64,000 nucleotides of DNA, from the NCBI GenBank assembly GCA_964016885.1, contig OZ024740.1:15810001-15874000 (forward strand), written 5' to 3'. Shown piece after piece: positions 54,538 through 64,000 of the stretch. Position 1 is the first letter of the stretch; each line of letters starts with the position of its first letter. The position numbers and the translations under genes were made by a program. Origin of the DNA: Eledone cirrhosa (lineage: Eukaryota). Below the pieces are notes generated by a model that saw only the letters and a list, made by a program, of their open reading frames with translations, made no database searches and was not told the DNA's origin.

Positions 54538-56407
54538 ATGGAAGCCATTACCACAGGTAACGATGAGACGCCCACTAAACACACTGAAGGAGAGCGGGTA
54601 GCTGAGGCAACAAGCCTCCCTACTGAAAGAATAATGATTATTAGAAACATTGAAAAAATGGAGCCTAACCCTAATGAAAAAAATTGACTCGGAGAAATTG
54701 CCAACATTAATGGATGCCGTTTAGACTTTTCACGGTGCCACGCCCACCAGCAAAGGTGAAAGAGAGGTGGAAGCTGTGACTACAAGTCTCTCGGATACTG
54801 AAAATATAAGTGAACATTTTGAAAAAATGGAGTCTAACCCCAACGGGGAAAAAAATGTGAACGCATACACCAACATAAATAACACAAACACAACAAAAAG
54901 TGAAAATTGTAACAACAAAAAACAAGAAAACCACATTTCGACAAATGTAAACAAAGAGGGGGCGAACAAAATGACGTTCGCGCAAAACATAAAAAGAAAC
55001 TATTGTGTACGAACCTGTTGACATTTCGAACATGGCTCAGCAAATGGAAAATGCACGGAAGTATATAACTTTGGAGGAGAATGGTCTATTTTCTTTAAAT
55101 TCTCCCCCAGAGCTAAAAAATGAAAATAGCTTAAAAACTATTATTTATAGGACAATATCAAACAAAACCCGTAAGCCAGTACAACTCACACAGACAGAGA
55201 TTGAACTGGCTTTAAAAGATCATCTGAAAAACATTGTATTCATTCGGAAGGATAGACTCTACGTTAGTCTATCCATTCGAATGAAAGATAAATTGACGGC
55301 CGAAAAACATTCCCTGGCCCCAATTGTGTCCCCCTTATTTACCTTCTTCCCCACTTATTTGGGAAGAAAAACACAAAGATTGACCATACACAGTATCGAT
55401 CCAGATATTGATTTCTGGGCTGTACTGTGTGGCCTCCTCGACTTGAAAGAGGATGCAGTAATTTCGGTAGGTAAGTCTTCCAGCAACGTGTTCGGTGGAA
55501 CTAGCCTGCAAGTTCTGGTGCAAATGCAGCCAGAACGAATTGCTAGGATCCCCGACCGCATATTGCTGGATGGGCTTGCCTACTTACACATCACAGTAGA
55601 GGGTAGACGACCCGCTTGTTACCTCTGTGGTGGCAGGGGTCACCTGAGGGCTGCCTGTTCCCAAGCAAACAAAAAAACACCGATTTTGCCCACACCAACA
55701 ACTACAACTCTACCAATACAACCTCCACCACCACCACAAAAACAAGTAACATCACAAGTTAAAACACAACTGAACCCCCCCCCCCCCACACACACACAGA
55801 AAACAAATACAATAACACCCACACCACAAACACGAGCAGAAAATGAACTCCTCCCCTCGAATACAGAAGACGACCCCCTTTCGTCGTCAGACGAGGGGGG
55901 GGGGGCACTTTCATAAAGTTAGAAGAAAAAAAAGAAAACACACCACAGGAACACAAATACAAACAACCCCTCCCCAAGACATAACACAGAAATCAACACA
56001 CAAAAACACACAACAGCAAACAAAAAATATCACCCAAAAAGAAAAATATGCTTATACTTACATAAATACAATAAACAAAAAACTGTTAAACGTTATTTAT
56101 AATAACAACTTAATAAAAACCGAAGGTTCGAACTTCGCACAAGCAACGGGGCTTCCCCATCTAAAAATGATAAAATCCCCAATGGGCATTTACAAAACGT
56201 TAAAAGACACTTTTAAAGAGGACGTGGGACCCCCTGCGTCAGACCCATTAACCGTGTCCTCCTAAAAAAAATCCCCCCCCCCAGACACCCACACAACTTC
56301 AAACACCCTAACCTCACCACACACTGATGGCCCTACACTTCCACAAACCACCACCACACCCAACAACCAATCCCCCACCTCCATGGAAATTGTGCGCAGA
56401 GAGGTAA
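54538..56407 (+). pseudogene. LINE ORF1 (CCHC zinc knuckle), frameshifted
   Basis: Fragments 54767-55021, 55005-55916 (CYLCGGRGHLRAAC), 55843-56265; start position approximate. Confidence 0.85.
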
Positions 56408-56431
56408 GTGCCTTTTCTCTTTACCACCAAC

Positions 56432-59400
56432 ATGGCTGTGTTGAGAATAGGTTGTCTAAATGCGCGTGGCTTGGGCTCAACTTGGAAGCAAGCAATGCTT
56501 CTAAATGACCTCAGGTCACGATGTATAAATGTGATGGTTATTTGCGAGGCCCGGATCAGCAGCGTGCGGCAGCTGGCCCCCACCTTTGATGACTTTGAGA
56601 TGCACGCATCTCTCTGTCAGCCCGGAGGTGGGGGTGGGGTTGTCGTTCTGCTGCAAAAACATCTGGCTCTCACTACACAGACGGTACACTTGGACCCGGA
56701 GGGTCGACTAGTGGATCTGGACCTTGGCAGTGGTGAAGGCGGAGCTTTTAGGCTGGTCGCCGTCTAGGGCCCTTTTGGGTCAACGCGGCCGGACTTCTTC
56801 CATCGTCTGGATACTTTTCTAGGGACGTTCCGCTCCTTGCTTTTAGTGGGGGACTGGAATGGTATCCTAGATGCACGTTGGGACTATATAGGGGCATGTC
56901 CTGATAGAGGGGGTTGTAACAGCCTGAAGGGGTTAATCGGCCGATTCGACCTGGCGGATAGATATCGACTAGATTTTCTGACTGTGCCAATCTGGACTTG
57001 GAGAAACCACAGCGGTCAATCTAGATCGTACCTAGATAGGTTCTTAGTTAGAAATAAGGATAGGGACATTTTAAGTTGTCCAAAAATGCTCATGGTTGGC
57101 TATTCAGACCACAAGTTATTGACCACCATGGTCAACCTTGATAGAACGCATAGACAGGGACCGGTTACTGGAAGCTCAATTTGTCCTTACCGGCAAGTAA
57201 AGCTTACAGGAACCGGATTAGTACATTAGTTAAGGAGCAGTTGACGGGCGCCATCGTCAACAGCAGGTGGTGGGGCTCTCTCAAAAGAGAGATTAGAGTA
57301 GATTCAATAGGAGTTAGTAAGGAGCTAGCCTCAGATAGAAATAGGAAGGAAAGGGAGTTGGTAGATAGTGTAGAAGAGGCAATTAGAAGCGGCGACGTAG
57401 CCAGAGTGCTAGCGTCGAGAACGGCCTTGGGCCAGTTCCTCGACGCGAAACACGAAGGCTGCGTTGTCCGAAGCAAAATACGTGCTCTGGGAAACGAGGG
57501 GACAAAAGCTGTTAGCTGGGCCAACGTGACAGAAGCAGGATGGACGGGTGATCCTTGAGCCTAAGCAGGTGTGCGAGGCCTTTCAAAGGCACTTTGCCCG
57601 ATTGTTCGGAAGGGATGAGGGGCCGGATGGGGAGGTGGACCTCGGTCCATACCTCGACGTCCTGCCACATCTTTCGGACGAGGAGGCGAAGTCTGCGTGA
57701 GGCCGATCTCAGCTGCTGAAATAGGGGACGTGCTGAGCCAATGCGGCAGACGCAAATCTCCGGGGCTCGATGGTCTTCCATACGAACTGTATTTAAGTAT
57801 GCCGGACTTGTTCTTCGATCTCCTCGAAGCGATATACTGAAACTGTGACCAAGGGCGTAGTCTCGCTAGTGAGGAAGGACGAGAACAAGGGGGATGAAAT
57901 AAGTAATTTTAGGCCCATAACACTGCTAAATGCAGAGTTAAAGATTTTGGCCAAGGTGTTAGCAAAGATGGTGGCGCTTGTCGTGGGCAACCTGGTGGGA
58001 GATGCGCAGACATGCGCCATCCCCTCCAGGTCCATTCACGACAACCTCCATCTCATGCGATACATCATATAGAGGGTTGGGAACGAACCCGGCTTTGGTG
58101 GGGCCCTGATCAACTTCGATCAATCTAAGGCGTTCGATAGGGTCGACTATCGTTACCTGGATGCGGTGCTAGTGGCGGCAGGTTTCGGGCCCGTTTTCAG
58201 GGGCTGGATCACTGCCATGCACAGCAGCCGCATCTGCTCTAGGGTCAAGGTGAACGGCTACGTCTCGGAGCCGTTCGAAATCACGCGGTCCATTCGACAG
58301 GGATGCCCTCTCTCCTCCCTTCTGTATGTATTGGCCCTAGAGCCACTGCTGCGGAAGTTGGAGTTGTTACAGGGCAGCCCTTTGGAACCGGGATTGCGGA
58401 AAGCGGTGTCGGCCTACGCCGATGACGTGATAGTAATGGTGTCAACCGCCTCGGAAATCGGAGTGCTCGGCACCTTACTGGAGGAATACGAAACGTTTAC
58501 AGGGGCTAAGCTGAACCGGGACAAGTCAGTCGGTTTGCAACTCGGCGAGTGGAGGGGCAAACCGATGGCCTCCAACGGCGTCGTCGGACGTTGGACGGAG
58601 GGCCCGGTGAAGTTGCTCGGGGTCTGGTTCGGACCAGACCTCTAGGTGGAGAAGAACTGGGGTGAGGTATCGAACAGGGTGTTTGCGCTGACGTGGAAGT
58701 GGGCGGAGTGCAAACTATCCCTGAAAGGTCGGGCGGAGGTGGCGAACGTTTATATAGCGTCCGTCATCTATTACCGCCTGACCGTCGTGCCTTGCCCAAG
58801 GGAAACGCTCACCAAAATGGAGCGCGCACTCTTCAAATTCCTTTGGAATAAGCGGGCTCCTTTGGTGAGGATATCCATCTGCTGTCAGCACCCTTCGAAA
58901 GGAGGGCTGGGGGAGCCGTGGCTGCTGATGCGTAAACATGCATTAAGGCTACGGCACCTCCAGGTATTCCTTACCGGTCAACCGGTGTGGGCCCCGTTTG
59001 TGAGGCAAGCCTTTCCGAGACTCGTCTCGCTCACCGAGCTGCAGTCCTGGGTCAAGCAAAGAACGAGAAAACTGGGCAAACACCGAGTGTGCCCAGACGC
59101 TCACGGCTCTCTGGCAGGTGGACCCGGCTATCGGTGGCGACTCAACCTCGTCATTCTATAGAGGGCTGGTGGTTTGTAGGGGCGACGACGCCCTCGGACA
59201 AGCCCTAGGCATGGAGGAAGACGAACTGGCCAACCTATTCGGGAGGATATTTGGCCCGGGACCTATGGACAACTTCCAGAAGTCCCTGGCCTGGCAGTGC
59301 TACCGAGGGGCGCTGCCCGTTCGAGAAAAGCTCTACAGACACGGGCGCCCGGGTAGGGACCCCTCGAAAAAAATCTGTCCCAGATGCGTGCGCGACGAGG

Positions 59401-59791
59401 AAACCGTTGTAACGCATTGGTACACTGCTCGGGAGTTGCCGATCTGTGGGGCTATGTCGAACGACTGCTGTCACGGGTGGGACCAATCCGGTTGACTACT
59501 GAGTCCATTGTAACGATCAAGCCGCCTTCCCCCTTTATAAATGAAGAAGAGGCGGTCTTCCTCTGTGTAATAGCCATGGTGAAAGAGCTGATATGGTGAA
59601 CACGTTTGAAAGGGCTGAGGTCGGCCACCTTTCTCTCCGGCCAACAACTGGTCCTTTTCTTTAAATACCATTTTAAGAGAAGGATCAGAATGGAGAGAGA
59701 GGTGCTCTACCCCAGCAAGTTTTATGAAAGGTGGGTGAAAGTAGCGAGAATGGCCCGTGTGAATGGGCCTTCTCTCTTTATCAGCCTGTAG
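56432..59791 (+). pseudogene. LINE ORF2 (APE, RT, Zn domain) with multiple stops, frameshifts and deletions
   Basis: MAVLRIGCLNARGL, VICEAR, GDWN, YLDRFL, YSDH; FRPITLLNAELKI, IRQGCPLS, AYADD; CPRC..ETV. Confidence 0.93.
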
Positions 59792-59980
59792 GCGCAAAGG
59801 TGTAAGTGCAAAGGAGCACTCCCTCTCTGTGCTCCTAAGGAAAAGGTTTGCACACTTTTTCGGGGGGGGGGGTAACCCCCAAAACGCCTCCTCTCTATTG
59901 AGGACTGTATTGTTAATTTTATATTTGTTATTTATTTTTTACTCGTTCCTTTATGTAACCCCCTCCCTTGTATTTGTCCC

Positions 59981-61033
59981 CAAACACGTGCTCAGGCTGC
60001 GGCACCTCCACGTATTCTTCACCAGAAACCGGTGTGGGCCCCGTTCGTGGGGTGAGCCTTCCCACGACTCGTCTCGCTGACTGAGCTGCAGTCCTGGGTC
60101 AAGCAAAGACCGAGGAAAATGGGCGACTGGCACATCGAATGTGCTCAGGCGCTCACAGTCCTCTGGCAAACGGACCCGGCGATCAGTGGAGACTCCACTT
60201 CGACATTCTATAGAGGGTTGGTCCGCAGCAAGTGCGACGACACGCTCGGAGAAACTCTAGGCGTAGAGGAAGATGAACTGGCCAGTCTGTTCGGTAGGAC
60301 CTTCCGCCCGGGACCAATGGACAACTTCCAAAAGTCCCTGGCCTGGCAGTGCTACTGAGGAGCTCTACCAGTTTGAGACAAGCTCTACAGATACGGGCGC
60401 GACGAGGAAACCGTCGCGCACGCATTTGTACACTGCCCGGGGCGTTACAGACCTGTGGGGCTATGTAGAATGACTATTTTCGCGGGTGGAACCAATCCAG
60501 TTGACCACCGAATCCATTGTCATGATCAAACCGCCCCCTTCCTTCAAAAACGAGGGAGAGGCGGTTTTCCTATGTGCTATTGCTATGGTGAAAGAGGTTA
60601 TATGGTGGACGAGGTTAAAAGGGCTGAGGTCAGACACCTTTCTCTCCGGCGAGCAACTGATTCGTTTTTTCAAATATCATTTTGGAAGAAGAATCAGGAT
60701 GGAGAGAGAGGTGCTGTACCCCAGCAAATTTTATAAAAGGTGTGTGAATGTGTCAAAGATGGCCCGAGTGGTTGGACCTTCTCTCTATATAAGCCTGTAG
60801 GTTGAGGAAAAAGAGGAAGAGAGGAAGGGAGTACTCACTCTTGGTGCTCCTGGAGATGAGGGTTGTACATTTTTTCGGGATGTGTACAACCCCTGTGTAA
60901 CGCCTCCCCCCTATTGGGGATATCAATTGTTATTTGTTATTTTATTAATAGTTTTATTTTCATATCCCTGGAAGTAAACTCCTCATTTGTATTTGTCCCC
61001 TTCTTTTGTGCCCTTGTGGCTAATAAAGAAATC
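59981..61033 (+). mobile_element. Second, 5'-truncated 3' end of a related LINE, fused directly onto copy 2
   Basis: Restarts at AAACACGTGCTCAGGCTGCGGCACCTCC (equivalent to ~58933), stop at 60800, complete tail CCCTTGTGGCTAATAAAGAAATC followed by (TC)n. Confidence 0.9.
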
Positions 61034-61042
61034 ACTCTCTCA

Positions 61043-61098
<56 letters not shown>

Positions 61099-61306
61099 TT
61101 ATTTAGGTTTGTTGGTTCACCACCGGATAGAACTGGTCATTCCGTATGGTCAATCTTGATGCAATATTATGGAGAGTACTCAATGTAGTGCAGTTCACCC
61201 ATCTTCGTTTGTGTAGTTGGTGGGGCTAATACGGAATTATCTATAAATAAAATAAGAGGAGGCTGGACTGGTGTAAATCCTTGAAAGGTTTATTATACTC
61301 TGATAA

Positions 61307-61357
61307 TTTCAATGACCGGGTTCCGTATGAATCCGATGACATCATCAGGTATTGGAA
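61307..61357 (-). ncRNA. Degenerate HHR-like motif
   Basis: Minus: TTCCAATAC-CTGATGA-TGTCATCGGATTCATAC-GGAA CCCG GTC^ATTGAAA; GAAA mutated. Confidence 0.4.
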
Positions 61358-61450
61358 TATAACAAAGGAATATATAAACATCCATGGATCCGAAAATCAG
61401 TGACAGAGAGGACGACTGACCAACTAGCTGTTTTCACCTCGGTCAGTCGC

Positions 61451-61504
<54 letters not shown>

Positions 61505-61752
61505 GAATAATCGAGTATCGAAAAATCGGCGCACGAGTTCACGATAAACAAAATTCGAGATGAGCGGCAGAGGGCTCTATAATTCAAATAAATTAGAGCT
61601 ATAACTATCGTTAAATACCGTCACACGTAGAATATGTCTACAATCAACCAAATAACCGATAAGTTCGATATGGAAGATTCGGGACACTCAGATAAATTAT
61701 CAATAAATCAATAAATGAAATGAATGTAAAATGCGTGTAAAATGCATTATAT

Positions 61753-61801
<49 letters not shown>

Positions 61802-61803
61802 GC

Positions 61804-61858
<55 letters not shown>

Positions 61859-62030
61859 AGTAAGGTTGCTTGGATACGTCCATAGGTGGTATGCCAATTG
61901 ACCACTCTATGCTCCTTTGGAGCAGAGTATAATAATATGGAAAACGAAGAAACAGTGATGCATCGGAACGCAATTTATTACGTATTACAATTGTTTCTCC
62001 AGCGATATATATATATATGTGTGTGTGGGT

Positions 62031-62240
62031 ATATTTATTAAAATAACAAATTAAAGTTTAAGCAAAGAATCGCTGCTTTCACCCTTAACGGGATCTTCAG
62101 AAGATCCCGTTAAGGGTGAAAGCAACGATTCTTTGCTTAAACTTTAATCTATTATTTTAATAAATATTTGCTCTACGGTTCTTATATATTTGATATATAT
62201 ATTTATCCTTATCTTTGGATTTTAGTCTTCAAATTTATTA
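62031..62240. mobile_element. Fold-back element, family K (arms ~62031-62098 / ~62100-62168) with HHR core at the fold
   Basis: Centre GGATCTTC-A-GAAGATCC; left arm on minus strand reads CTGAAGA TCCC GTTAA GGGT GAAA; single-arm copy at 25917-25981. Confidence 0.75.
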
Positions 62241-62254
62241 TTATTACTTTATAT

Positions 62255-62422
62255 AGTATGATAGAATAGAAAACGAAATATATATATATATATATAGAAT
62301 AGAAAACGAAATATATATATATATATAGAATAGAAAACGAAATATATATATATATAGAATAGAAAACGAAAAATCAGTGATGCATCTGAACTCTAATTTT
62401 TCGTTTTCTATTCTATCATACT
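62255..62422. repeat. Four tandem (TA)n-GAATAGAAAACGAAA units with an inverted copy forming a hairpin
   Basis: AGTATGATAGAATAGAAAACGAAA / TTTCGTTTTCTATTCTATCATACT; 62420-62485 resembles the reverse complement of 61860-61930. Confidence 0.75.
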
Positions 62423-62488
62423 CTGCTCTGTAAGAGCATAGCGTGCTCAACCGGCATATCGCCTATGGAAGCATCTTAGCTACCATCA

Positions 62489-62573
<85 letters not shown>

Positions 62574-63070
62574 AGAAAGAGAAATATTGACTGGCATGCC
62601 TACCCAGATATTCATTGTGTGTTATAGAGATATAACCCAATATACATACACATCATATCCCCCCCCCCCTCCTTCCTGCAGTATAGCCTTACCTTGCAAC
62701 TGGAAGCCTGTTTCCTTGAAAACTTCTCGAAATCTGACGATATCACTTTTAGTAACTAGAAGAAAGTTCGAGATGTTCTATACCATCACGGTGTCTTCCG
62801 TATGTGCCGACGCAGCCCTTCCACGCCCCAGTTCGAAAGTGTTAACATATCGCAAACCCATCATTAGACAGGGCATTCCAAGACCTCCACCTAGAAAATG
62901 TTTATATTAGATAGATCTACTATCCATCCCAGGAAGTGAAAGATCAGATGCTCCATTCTGGTGATGTAGTTTGGAATAAGGCATAATGTATGTATGGTGC
63001 CGTAACACCTGATAGAGTTGTAGGGACGCCGCTGTATTGACGGTGTTTCTTGGACATTTTACGCCTGGCG

Positions 63071-63294
63071 GAGCCCATCCCTCTCCATGTCTGAATACAG
63101 CAGATTTCTTCCAGAGGAAGGAAATGCAAAAGAGATATAGAGGAACAATTGACCCCAGTATTAGACTGGTACCCCAGTATTAGATTTGTACCCCAGTATT
63201 AGACTGGCAAAGTTAACCTCGGTAGGATTTGAACTCAGGGAGCAGACAGCCGGAACGAACACCATAAAGTATTCTATCGGACTAACGACTCTGA
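63071..63294 (-). mobile_element. Degenerate long-tail SINE with internal 19-bp triplication
   Basis: B box GAGTTCAAATCC on minus strand; ACCCCAGTATTAGACTGGT-like unit x3; tail shared with 24403-24656. Confidence 0.75.
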
Positions 63295-63310
63295 TAAGGT
63301 ACACTAGTCA

Positions 63311-63495
63311 GGCGTTGGCTGTATCGGTAGAGAGTCGGACGCCATGCTTTCCTGCATAGAGTTACGGCCCTTGATATTCTGAGTGCAAATCCCGCCGAGG
63401 TTAACTTTGCCATTCATCCTTACGGGGTCGATAAAATAAAGTACCAGTAATGTACTGCGTAATTGCTGGCCTTGTGCCAAAAGTAGAAACAATTA
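63311..63495 (+). mobile_element. tRNA-derived SINE (short-tail family), full length
   Basis: A box TGGCTGTATCGG, B box-like GAGTGCAAATCCC, core and tail as at 23564-23746. Confidence 0.9.
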
Positions 63496-63641
63496 GTGTA
63501 TATTACTGAAGCGATGGAGACGTCCGACCATCTCTCCTTCACCTTTTGTAACAACATTCTCTCAGCCGATATCTAGATCCCAGTACTTATCTACTGGAAA
63601 TTCCGACTGAAATGGAAGCCAAGTTCCTTTCAATGGACCAT

Positions 63642-64000
63642 CACAGTCAAACTACACTGTCCAGTGACATGGGCTATAAGCAACATGGATGGCCGTCACA
63701 ATCAAACTACACTGTCCAGTGACATGGGCTATAAGCAACATGGATGGCCGTCACAGTCAAACTACACTGTCCAGTGACATGGGCTATAAGCAACATGGAT
63801 GGCCGTCACAATCAAACTACACTGTCCAGTGACATGGGCTATAAGCAACATGGATGGCCGTCACAATCAAACTACACTGTCCAGTGACATGGGCTATAAG
63901 CAACATGGATGGCCGTCACAATCAAACTACACTATCCAGTGACATGGGCTATAAGCAACATGGATGGCCCTCACAGTCAATCTACACTGTCCAGTGACAT
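63642..64000. repeat. 55-bp minisatellite, at least 6.5 copies, continues beyond right edge
   Basis: CACA(G/A)TCAAACTACACTGTCCAGTGACATGGGCTATAAGCAACATGGATGGCCGT at 63642, 63697, 63752, 63807, 63862, 63917, 63972. Confidence 0.97.

Larger units (their letters stand above)
54331..59980 (+). mobile_element. L1/Tx1-type non-LTR retrotransposon, near full length, degenerate (copy 2)
   Basis: Preceded by CTATCTATCT; ORF1 and ORF2 homologous to copy 1; 3'UTR truncated at GTATTTGTCCCC. Confidence 0.93.

Overview
Repeat-dominated, AT-rich metazoan genomic DNA. The SINE family, dense (TA)n/(CA)n microsatellites and LINE types suggest a cephalopod such as Octopus (inference). No host protein-coding gene is supported, and nearly all long ORFs in the track are microsatellite artefacts. 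Bases 1-23.6 kb are a 45-bp satellite (~520 monomers) with diagnostic variant monomers and nested kb-scale duplications, ending at a tRNA-derived SINE. The remainder holds two near-full-length but degenerate L1/Tx1-type LINEs in opposite orientation, both sitting in (TCTA)/(TC) microsatellites. It also holds three Penelope-like element (PLE) RT/GIY-YIG fragments, several SINEs, and a 55-bp minisatellite at the right edge. The most striking unannotated signal is about 15 type-I hammerhead-ribozyme (HHR) motifs from roughly 9-10 unrelated sequence families, including U3:A8 compensatory core variants. Many lie in short non-coding asymmetric fold-back elements with family-specific fixed ends, inserted into (TA)n tracts. 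All structures were read by eye, not computed.
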